64,000 nt of DNA from an uncultured Pseudomonadales bacterium (GTDB lineage Bacteria > Pseudomonadota > Gammaproteobacteria > Pseudomonadales > Azotimanducaceae), in contig OY282460.1 of the NCBI GenBank assembly GCA_958296295.1, positions 3,330,291-3,394,290 of the forward strand, in the 5' to 3' direction. Positions 27,488 to 37,379 of the stretch are shown here, one piece after another. Under the pieces are notes generated by a model, which worked only from the letters and a program-made list of their open reading frames with translations, searched no databases and was not told the DNA's origin. How positions within the stretch are numbered: the first letter of the stretch is position 1; the number at the start of each line of letters is the position of its first letter. A program made the translations under genes and the position numbers.

Positions 27488-27919
27488 TCAGCCGTGACTC
27501 ACGCCGCCTCCAAACCATGTACCCGTGGCCAGCCAACCCTCGTAGCAGGCCAGCCACTCGGTAGTCCAAGGGACGATGGTGTCGGCAACACTGTCTCGTC
27601 GCGGGTCGAATCTATCCGTCGGCGGATGGAAGAGGCATAACAAGGGCAGCAATAGATTCGCAGGATTGGTGTACACATGTGGAATCGCTTCGTCCGGGTT
27701 CTCCACCCGACCATGTAGCAGCGGGCGCAGCACCACTACGATTGGGTTCAGGGGGACGGGCTCCGGCACAAGGCGCAAGGCCACGCGTACTGTGTAGGTC
27801 TTCTGGATCGGCCTGAGTTCGCCCTCCCAACACACGCGATCCTTCTTTCGAAGCGCAACTCGAAATCCTGGCCACTTGCCGCGCATCTGCCGCACCTGCG
27901 TCACGGCGGTCTGCTTCAT
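27488..27919 (-). CDS. Small E2/UBC-like protein (Cap2-type E2 domain only)
   Basis: 143 aa from the ATG at 27919, with ATGA overlap on the upstream gene. ..IPHVYTNPANLLLPLLCLFHP..TIVPWTTEWLACYEGWLATGTWFGG.. matches my recollection of stand-alone CBASS E2-like proteins (His ... Cys active-site spacing). Not verified by search. Confidence 0.5.
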   Translation of the reverse strand: MKQTAVTQVRQMRGKWPGFRVALRKKDRVCWEGELRPIQKTYTVRVALRLVPEPVPLNPIVVVLRPLLHGRVENPDEAIPHVYTNPANLLLPLLCLFHPPTDRFDPRRDSVADTIVPWTTEWLACYEGWLATGTWFGGGVSHG

Positions 27920-29139
27920 CGCTCCCACCACTTGCCGCCGTAGAACTGCCGCTTCGGTGTGGAGATGCCGGCGGCGGCGGCACCGGGCAAAACGATCCGC
28001 CCGCTGTTTCGTTGATGCCGACTCTTCCCGCGCTTGATTTCGCGCCCGAAGCGCTTCACGAACTCATCGATCGCCTTCGCCGTTGGCCCTTCGCCGAACA
28101 GCTCCACCATGATCTGCTTCATCTCGCCGAGGTCGCAGTCGGCCAGTTGTTCGAGGCGTCCAACGAGCCGTCGCAGATCGTTGACGAAACGCGCCTGGTC
28201 GTTGACTGACCCGGGCCATCGATCCGTGAGCACATCGCCAGCGCACACGGGATTCGCCACGTGGATGCAATGACCGACGCGGTGCGAACGTTCGAAGAAC
28301 GCCAGCATCGACTTCGCTTGATGCAGCATCTCCTCATAGAGCGTGTCGGTTTGGCCAGCAGCATCCGCCACCAACTTCGACATCACGATCGATGGCGGCT
28401 TGCGCCCAGATCGATCTCGATACTGAACGTTGCGCCACCGCTTCGAGAGCTGGAGCGCGACCACCGCCAATGACTTGCGGAAGGCAGGCTCCGGTGGTGG
28501 AACGGGATCGGCCTCCGCCGCCTCAACAAGAAGGGCTGCCTCATGCGCCCTAGCCAGAGTGGCGTATTGCTCGCCAAAACCGTCGTCTGGCGTTGCCTGC
28601 TTGAACCACTCTGCGAACCCGTACGGGTTGGCGATGATCCGTTGGCCGACATCTTGCGGGTGCTTATGGTGGAAGATTGCGCTCTCGCGTTCCGGAGTGG
28701 AAGGTTGGCGCTCTGCCGGCGTCACGTCGATGTGCATGTCCGCGTACTCGATCGTGACGCAACGAGTACGGCGCCTAGCCATGCCGTAGTACCGCGACCC
28801 GGCTTGGCCACTAATGGCCTGGAAGAGTAGATCGAGCACACTCTTAGGCGTTAGGCCGCCGCACCAGGCTTGCAGCACCATGTCTAGATCGTAGTCGTCA
28901 TTGGTCACTCTGGAAGCGATGGTGGCACCGATCGCCATGGACCCCTGCGGATAGAAGAGCTCAACGCGCCCCTGCAGCGGACTGCCGTCTCGGTCCAGCC
29001 AATCCGCGATCGCCTTGTAGCGCCGAACGGCCTTCCCGTATGCCGTCTGGCTGAGCTGTATGCGAATGGCGATGTCCGCCAAGATGCGGTCTAGGGCGTC
29101 ATCTAACGGCGTCGTTCGTTTGTATGTAGGCCCAAGCAT
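27916..29139 (-). CDS. CD-NTase / SMODS-family nucleotidyltransferase (cGAS/DncV-like)
   Basis: ATG at 29139 preceded by AAGGAGG; the track start at 29157 is a TTG inside that SD. Pol-beta NTase signature QGSMAIGAT...DDYDLDMVL and a third acidic residue in MHIDVTPAE. ..NPYGFAEWF.. is typical of CD-NTases. Confidence 0.75.
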   Translation of the reverse strand: MLGPTYKRTTPLDDALDRILADIAIRIQLSQTAYGKAVRRYKAIADWLDRDGSPLQGRVELFYPQGSMAIGATIASRVTNDDYDLDMVLQAWCGGLTPKSVLDLLFQAISGQAGSRYYGMARRRTRCVTIEYADMHIDVTPAERQPSTPERESAIFHHKHPQDVGQRIIANPYGFAEWFKQATPDDGFGEQYATLARAHEAALLVEAAEADPVPPPEPAFRKSLAVVALQLSKRWRNVQYRDRSGRKPPSIVMSKLVADAAGQTDTLYEEMLHQAKSMLAFFERSHRVGHCIHVANPVCAGDVLTDRWPGSVNDQARFVNDLRRLVGRLEQLADCDLGEMKQIMVELFGEGPTAKAIDEFVKRFGREIKRGKSRHQRNSGRIVLPGAAAAGISTPKRQFYGGKWWER

Positions 29140-29243
29140 CGTAGTGCCCTCCTTCAAGGTGGTTTGGTGGCCTCGCGGCCAGTGGTTTACATCTGGCTAC
29201 CTATTATGGCAGACTGTCAACCGTCGCGAAAGGGGGATCGTAC

Positions 29244-30326
29244 ATGATTGGACGCAGACTGTTATTGGCTCGCAGTGCCAATGGGTTGTCGCTAAGGGGC
29301 TTAGAGAGCGCAATCGACAACCGAGTCACAGCGCAGGCCATCAGCAAGTACGAGCGGAACGAGGCCATGCCCGGTTCCGGCGTGTTGATCGCACTGGCCA
29401 ACGCGCTCGGCGTCACCGTGGACTACCTGGTGGGCGACCAAGACATGGCTCTTGAGGGCGTCGAGTTTCGCCGGCAGGCCATCTCAAGCAAGCGCGAAGA
29501 AGCCCAAGTGGAGGCCAAGGTCTTGGGCATGTTGGAGCGCTATCTTCTGGTGGAAGATCTGCTCGGGCTGCCGAGCGTGGATTGGGACAAGCCCCGTGAA
29601 GCGCCGTTTCCCGTTGCTGTGAGCGTGGTGGAGGCGGATCGCGGTGCCCGCGCTCTACGCGCCCATTGGGGCCTCGGCATCGAACCCGTTCCCAATCTGG
29701 TTCAGGTGCTCGAAGATCGGGGCGTCAAGGTGCTGGCCTCTGAACTCAAAGGCGTCGACGGCTTGATGGCACACGTCCGAAAGGCCAGCGGCCACCCGGT
29801 TCCCGTGGTGGTCGTGAACAGCAAAGCGTGCGCCGAGCGTCAACGCTTCACCATCGCGCACGAGCTCGGCCACTTGGTTCTATCCGCCGGCAAGAGAGTG
29901 GACGCCGAGAAAGCGGCCAACCGTTTTGCCGGCGCTTTGCTCATGCCGGCGGAGATGGTATGGGCGGAAGTGGGCAAGCACCGCAGATCGATCGGGCTGG
30001 GCGAGTTGTTTGGCCTCAAGCCGCTGTTCGGCGTCAGTGTGCAAGCGCTCACGAACCGTTGCCGGGATTTGGGCATTTTCGGCCCAACCCTTTACAAGAG
30101 GCTGTTTCAGGAGTTCGATCGGCGCGGTTGGCACAAGCCGCCGTTCAAAGAACCGCTGTCGAACTTCCAAGACGAACGGCCCCGACGCTTCGAGCGGCTC
30201 TGCCTGCGGGCCTTGGCGGAAGGCGTGGTTTCGGAACCCAAGGCTGCGGAGCTATTGAACATCTCCGTGCATGAGCTGAACCGCCGGATGGAAGAGCCGC
30301 CGGACGTGGAGGAGGCGGCGAGGTAG
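29244..30326 (+). CDS. Fused XRE-type HTH + ImmA/IrrE (M78) zinc-metallopeptidase regulator
   Basis: N-terminal HTH (..LSLRGLESAIDNRVTAQAISKYERNEAMPGSGVLIALANALGVTVDYL). HExxH in TIAHELGHLVL with downstream ANRFAGALLMP. Divergent from the CD-NTase operon, with a 104-bp spacer. Confidence 0.8.
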   Translation: MIGRRLLLARSANGLSLRGLESAIDNRVTAQAISKYERNEAMPGSGVLIALANALGVTVDYLVGDQDMALEGVEFRRQAISSKREEAQVEAKVLGMLERYLLVEDLLGLPSVDWDKPREAPFPVAVSVVEADRGARALRAHWGLGIEPVPNLVQVLEDRGVKVLASELKGVDGLMAHVRKASGHPVPVVVVNSKACAERQRFTIAHELGHLVLSAGKRVDAEKAANRFAGALLMPAEMVWAEVGKHRRSIGLGELFGLKPLFGVSVQALTNRCRDLGIFGPTLYKRLFQEFDRRGWHKPPFKEPLSNFQDERPRRFERLCLRALAEGVVSEPKAAELLNISVHELNRRMEEPPDVEEAAR

Positions 30327-30880
30327 TGGCGGGAGACGACACTCGTGATGTGGTCGTGGTGTCCGACACATCGGTGCTGATCGATCTGGAACGAGGTTCG
30401 CTACTTGAAGCGGCGTTCCGCCTGCCGTTCTCGTTTGCCGTGCCAGACTTGCTCTACGAGCAGGAATTGAAGGCTCAAAGTGGTGCCAAGCTGCGCGAGC
30501 TTGGCCTGCAGATCGGCGAGTTGGACGGCCACGGCGTGGCAACGGCTTTGACGTACAGAAGCCGAGAGCCGGCGTTGTCGCTGCCGGACTGCTTCGCCCT
30601 CGCCCTTGCCACGCAAGGTGATTGGACATTGCTCACGGGCGACTCCGCGTTACGCAAGCTCGCCCACGCACTAAGCGTGGAATGCCACGGCGTATTGTGG
30701 CTACTGGACGAGATGCTCTCGGCTCGAGCGGCCACGCCGCAGGCGCTCCATCTCGGCCTATTGGCCATCAGCGAACACCCGCGGTGCCGACTGCCCAAGG
30801 CCGAAGTCCGCCAACGGTTGGGAGTGCTTGGGGCCAAGCTGGACAACGGTGGCGGGCGGAAGCCGTCATCCATCCGCTAA
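30326..30880 (+). CDS. PIN-domain protein (putative RNase/toxin)
   Basis: GTG overlaps the TAG stop of the regulator by 1 nt. ..VVVVSDTSVLIDLERG.. (first acidic residue), ..WTLLTGDSALRKLA.. (distal Asp). Size and layout fit a PIN fold. Confidence 0.6.
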   Translation: MAGDDTRDVVVVSDTSVLIDLERGSLLEAAFRLPFSFAVPDLLYEQELKAQSGAKLRELGLQIGELDGHGVATALTYRSREPALSLPDCFALALATQGDWTLLTGDSALRKLAHALSVECHGVLWLLDEMLSARAATPQALHLGLLAISEHPRCRLPKAEVRQRLGVLGAKLDNGGGRKPSSIR

Positions 30881-30920
30881 GCCGCCTGCTTGCAAAGACA
30901 CCGACTGCCATAGCCACGCC

Positions 30921-31731
30921 ATGACAGACATCGTCGGCGATTCCATTCCCGCTCCAACCACCTCCGCGGAAGTTCGCGCTAACCTCGCTCACGCCCTCAA
31001 CCTAGACCTCATCGGCCCATCCGCCGGCCACGAACTTGCCGACGAGCGCATCCCTGGCTGGGTGCGGCCTTCCAACTGGTATCTCACCGGATTTCTCGTG
31101 CCTACGGATGCGCCGCCGTAGCAAAACGCCGATGCGGACGAAGAGGAAGAGCTGGACGAAACGCCTGCCGTCGCGGGGCTGGCAGAAGAATCCACGGCGG
31201 ATCGCCGGCCGGCGCGGCGCGGCTTCTTCCCGTCCTCCATCGGCGTCAGCTTTCTGGTTGCCGAGAACGTCGATGTGATTGAAGTCACCGCCCGCTGGGG
31301 CGATTACACGCTCGCGGATACCGAAGACGAGAGCGGCAAGCCGATGTCGTTGTGGCAGCGCAAACCCAACAATGTGGCGCTGCGGCTGCAACTCGGCACG
31401 GACGGCGCCCGACCTGTGCCGGACTCCAACGGTCTTCGCATCCATGTGCGGAAACGCCCGATAGACGCGAGCAAGCTGCGAGACATGCCGGCTGGCACGC
31501 GTGCCGTCTCCATCTTTCTGGTGAACCAGCGGAAGCCGGCGCCGGAGAACCGTTTGGCCGATACCGCCTACGCCTTCCAAGCGGAACTCGAAGTGCGTAG
31601 CGAACAACCCTTCACGCCGCGGGCCGAATCCGCGCCGGCCGCAGGCAACCGATTGGGACGACAACGTGGCGGATCTGCACTACGCCGACACGCCCGAATA
31701 CGCCACCGGGCATGACATTGAAATCAGATAG
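30921..31731 (+). pseudogene. Decayed N-terminal fragment of a large helicase-type defence gene
   Basis: The frame from ATG 30921 (..LNLDLIGPSAGHELADERIPGWVRPSNWYLTGFLVP..) hits an in-frame TAG at 31119. It continues in the same frame (..RRGFFPSSIGVSFLV..VSIFLVNQRKP..AYAFQAELEV), then shifts +1 near 31640 (DWDDNVADLHYADTPEYATGH). It stops at 31729-31731 in an AT-rich junction. The family assignment is from memory only. Confidence 0.5.
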
Positions 31732-31744
31732 TTACTGTCGTTAG

Positions 31745-32023
31745 ATGGCGGAATGGCCCAAGCCGTACATTCGGCAGGGCCGCGAGGAGGGCCGGGAGGA
31801 AGGCATGAGCCCGGGCCGCGAGGAGGGCTTCAGCTTGGGCATCGCGCACGAGCGCGGGCTGCTGCGGCGCATGGCGGCGGCGCGGTTCGGCGCGGCGACG
31901 GCGGATCGTCTCGCGCGGTCGCTTGCCGCCGAAACCGATCCGGAGCGCTTGGCGGTGGTCGGCGAGGCGATCGTGCGCTGCGCGACGGGGGACGAACTGC
32001 TGCGGGAGGTCGGCTCGGCATAG
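31745..32023 (+). pseudogene. C-terminal (DUF4351-like) fragment of an Rpn/YhgA-like gene
   Basis: ..QGREEGREEG..REEG..ERGLLRRMAAARFGAATADRLARSL..DPERLAVVGEAIVRC..ELLREV matches the EGR-rich linker plus helical tail of Rpn-family C-termini. There is no nuclease core upstream. Confidence 0.55.
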
Positions 32024-32216
32024 GCGTTCGAGAACGCGGTGCCGCCGTACCGCTATCGGGTTCAGGCGGATTTGGCGCCACCGGCGCCGACCCCCGCGAT
32101 TGGCCACCTGACGGCTCGCGCACAAAAACGTCGCACACCCTCGTTTGCGCCGGTGGCGCGAACGCGGGGCGGGCGGCAGAGTCGCCGCTGATCGACGGTT
32201 CGGCGGCGGTGAGCGC

Positions 32217-33194
<978 letters not shown>

Positions 33195-33280
33195 GGTCGG
33201 GTTCGGATCGCTCTGGGCGAAAGCGCTCTAACCGGCGAACCGGCCGCTAGGGCGCGACTTCATCGCCGGGCGAACGGGGC

Positions 33281-34282
<1,002 letters not shown>

Positions 34283-34384
34283 GCGTCTCCTTGTGATTTG
34301 CCGCGTTGCGTTTGGGATTTTACAAACGTTCGACCGCCGCGGCGGCTGCGCGCCGCGGTGGCCGCGCAGCGCGTTGCGCCGGGC

Positions 34385-35707
34385 CTAGCGGAACCGCCCG
34401 AAGCGCCGGCGGTCGCCGCGTTGAATCGTCAGCCAGATGGAACCTTCGCCGGCCAAGGCGTCGTTGAGCTCGTCCACGCTGCCGATGGACACGCGGTTCA
34501 CACGCAGGATCACGTCGCCGGCCTGCAACCCGAATTGGGCCGCCGGGCTGCCTTCCGCCACGGCAACCACTTCGACTCCGCGACCGTGGAGCTCGTGCTC
34601 TCTCGGCAGGTTGCGCAAATCGACGCCCGTGAGGGCTTGAGGCGTGGTGGGACGCCGTGCCCAAGTCGGCGCGTCCGACTCCGTGCCGATAGTGGCATCA
34701 AGCGTCTTCCGCCTGCCGTCCCGGACGATGCCGATTTCCACCTCGGTGCCGGCCGGCGTGTTGGCCACCCGCGCCACCAAGTCCCTGGGGTTCGCGATCT
34801 CCCGCTCGTTCAAGCTCACGATCACGTCTCCGGCCTCAATGCCGGCGTCTTCCGCGGCGGTGCCGGGCATCACTTCCTCGACCACCACGCCGCGAGGCGC
34901 CTTGAGGCCCAGCATCTCGACATCGTCGGCGCGCACTTCGTCGATGCCGACGCCAAGCAGGCCGCGTTTCACTTCGCCGTTCTCGGCCAGCTGGCTCGCC
35001 ACGAACCGTACCGTGTTGCTCGGCACCGCGAAACCGAGACCCGCGTTCACGCCGGTTGGCGAGACGATGGCGCTGTTGATGCCCACCAAGCGCCCGTCGA
35101 GATCCACCAACGCGCCGCCGGAGTTGCCCCTGTTGATCGCGGCGTCGGTTTGGATGAAATCCTGATAGGACGAGTTCATGCCGTCGCGCCCCAACGCGCT
35201 GACGATGCCGGACGTAACCGTGTGCCCCAGCTCTCCGAACGGATTGCCGATGGCCACCACGAAATCGCCCACCTCGATCTTGTCCGAGTCGCCGAGCGGC
35301 AGTTCGCGCAGATCGTCGGCGTCGATTTTGAGCAGCGCGATGTCCGTCGCCCGATCGCCGCCAACCACCTCGGCCTCGAACTTCCGTCCGTCTTCAAGCA
35401 GCACGACGATGTCGTCGGCGTTGTCGATCACATGGTGATTGGTCACCACATGGCCTTCGCCGGCGTCGATGATGACGCCGGCGCCGCCGCCCTGCCGCCG
35501 CCGGTAGTCCGGGGCGTCCTGGAAGAAAAAGCGCAGGCGCGGATCCGTGCGCACGCGCGCGCCGACCTCGATGTTCACCACCGCCGGCGTCACCTTCTTG
35601 AGCACCGGCGCGAAGGTGAGCTTGCCGTCGTGCGCCGCAGCAGTCCCCGCCGCCAGCGCGGCGGCTAGGGCGATGACGGCGGTAAACGTTCCAATGGTGC
35701 GGGTCAT
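34385..35707 (-). CDS. DegP/HtrA-family periplasmic serine protease with two PDZ domains
   Basis: Signal peptide, catalytic His region (VVTNHHVI), Asp (DIALLKI), Ser in NRGNSGGALVDLDGRLVGINSAI. Two PDZ-like segments. Confidence 0.9.
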   Translation of the reverse strand: MTRTIGTFTAVIALAAALAAGTAAAHDGKLTFAPVLKKVTPAVVNIEVGARVRTDPRLRFFFQDAPDYRRRQGGGAGVIIDAGEGHVVTNHHVIDNADDIVVLLEDGRKFEAEVVGGDRATDIALLKIDADDLRELPLGDSDKIEVGDFVVAIGNPFGELGHTVTSGIVSALGRDGMNSSYQDFIQTDAAINRGNSGGALVDLDGRLVGINSAIVSPTGVNAGLGFAVPSNTVRFVASQLAENGEVKRGLLGVGIDEVRADDVEMLGLKAPRGVVVEEVMPGTAAEDAGIEAGDVIVSLNEREIANPRDLVARVANTPAGTEVEIGIVRDGRRKTLDATIGTESDAPTWARRPTTPQALTGVDLRNLPREHELHGRGVEVVAVAEGSPAAQFGLQAGDVILRVNRVSIGSVDELNDALAGEGSIWLTIQRGDRRRFGRFR

Positions 35708-35888
35708 TCAGGGTCTCCTGTTCATTCCAGCGGCGCAAGGGGCGACCGCGGTTGTTTGATGGCGGCATCCGCCGATAGTTCAACCCCTGATCTGGCGTGG
35801 TCGCGGGCTCCGTTGCCAAAGCCGACATACGTCTTTAGGCCGCGCATCTGCTACGCTCTCTCGTCCTCAGCGCGGGGCGCGAGGTTGG

Positions 35889-36623
35889 ATGATGTCTCGG
35901 AGTTCCCCCGACATCGGTAGAGCACTTGCGCTTCTGCGCGAGGGGTTGGCACCGTTCGTGGAGCGTGAAGTGACGCGCTTGGCCAAAAGCGATCGGTTCG
36001 CCCACTTCCTACGGTCCAATCCCCAGCTGGGGAACAGAGTATTCGCGACTGGGACGTCTACGCCCTGCTCAAAGCGATGGAGCAACTGTGGGGTGAGGTT
36101 TTCCGCCACACGCTGGAGTCAATGGAACGCGGTTTCGTGTACGAGTTGAGTGGCTGGCGCAACAAATGGGCGCATCAAGAGCCGATTTCGCCGGCCGACG
36201 AGGACCGCGCTTTGGACACCACCGTTCGCCTTCTCCGCGCCGCCAAGGCGGAGACTCAGGCAGGGCAAGTGGCTCTACTTCGAGAGTCTCGCCAAGCTGG
36301 ACGAAAGCGCCCTCCCAACCTTCGCGCAGAGCCGTCGTCATACCGGCGCCCGCCGCCCGGTTCGACATCTATGTCGCAAGCGGACGAAATACGCCTGCAC
36401 GCGATGGAGAACCATGTGGCGCCATGGCGCGAATCGGGCTAAGGAGACGCTTGCCATCCGCGCCGGCGACATCGTGCGGGAGATGGCGCTTTCCCAAGCC
36501 ACACCCAATGTGTGCAGCGCTTTGGAGGGCCGCAAGTTCCAAGCCCAAGCCAATCTCGTTCTCGTCGGCCGCGAAGGGCCGCGCCGGAGCACGACGACCA
36601 CGTACTACTACCGCCAAGGTTGA
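35889..36623 (+). pseudogene. Swt1-like HEPN gene with C-terminal extension, broken by at least two frameshifts
   Basis: Three consecutive frames carry one apparent protein: ..IGRALALLREGLAPFVEREV.. / RDWDVYALLKAMEQLWGEVF..SGWRNKWAHQ (Rx4H HEPN motif) / ..ETLAIRAGDIVREMALSQATPNVCSALEGRKF... It could instead be separate small ORFs. Confidence 0.4.
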
Positions 36624-36836
36624 TTTGGGCATCGGCTCGCCGTTGATCCATCCGGCCAACGGAGCGCAGGAAGCCCCGTTGAAGTGCCCATTAGGGCGTC
36701 AGCCGGCAGCGTCGCAGCGCGCTTCGCGTTGTTGCCACGCCGCTCGATCTAGGCGCTCTCGCCACGGGGCAAGCGCTGGATTCCGAACAACGCGGGCGGA
36801 TGCCATCAGGCTTTCCCTCTGAAGCGATCGGCTTAC

Positions 36837-37247
36837 CTACTTGCCGCCGGCGAGCCCTTGGGCAAGGAACATGGCGGCCAGTTGGTTCAAGCTGACGCCT
36901 TCGGTTGCGGCGCGCCTCGCCAACCGCTGGTGCAGGCTCTTGGGAATGCGCTGCACGAACTGGCCGCTGTAGGTCTTCGGGGTTGGCAATTCGCCTTTGT
37001 CTTCGCGTTCGGCCGTGGTCCAAGCCTCGTAAGCATCGCGGGCTTCCGCAACGGCCAACGCCACGGTTTCGCCATCGGCCATGCACCCCGGGAGGTCTGG
37101 CACAGTCACCAGAAAGCCGCCGCCTTCATCGTCGGGAAGCGGATCGACGCGGATTGCGTAGTCCTCGAATCTCACGACGCTGCCTCGATCAACCTTACCA
37201 GCCCGGATGTAGACCGGCTTGATCGGCTTGGGCATTGGCACGGTCAT
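36837..37247 (-). CDS. hicB: HicB-family antitoxin (HicB fold + RHH/CopG-like C-terminus)
   Basis: ..GGGFLVTVPDLPGCMADGETVALAVAEARDAYEAW.. then ..SGQFVQRIPKSLHQRLARRAATEGVSLNQLAAMFLAQ... Internal ATG at 37247 used. No hicA is visible. Confidence 0.7.
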   Translation of the reverse strand: MTVPMPKPIKPVYIRAGKVDRGSVVRFEDYAIRVDPLPDDEGGGFLVTVPDLPGCMADGETVALAVAEARDAYEAWTTAEREDKGELPTPKTYSGQFVQRIPKSLHQRLARRAATEGVSLNQLAAMFLAQGLAGGK

Positions 37248-37379
37248 GTGTTGGCCAACAGTATTGGTCAAAACCGCATGGCTCGTGCCGCGCTGCCGCA
37301 ATCGGAGGCCACACGCGCGGCCACCGTGCGAACGTCGTCTGGCGACCAATCCGTCTTGGGACTGGTTCATGGCCGCCAG

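Noticed and set aside
29186-29220. Sigma-70 promoter assignment in the CBASS/regulator spacer (TTTACA at 29186-29191, TATTAT at 29202-29207, and TTGACA on the minus strand at 29215-29220).
   Set aside because: The individual hexamers look good, but no -35/-10 pair has a workable 16-18-nt spacing in either direction. No promoter feature was called.
31119-31121. In-frame TAG codons inside conserved-looking ORFs (31119 and ~62085) as a hint of amber suppression or recoding.
   Set aside because: TAG is used as an ordinary stop by well-supported genes here (RND permease 3571-3573, TonB receptor 7201-7203, regulator 30324-30326). Both affected ORFs carry additional lesions such as a frameshift, truncation or a missing start. 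They are best read as pseudogenes.
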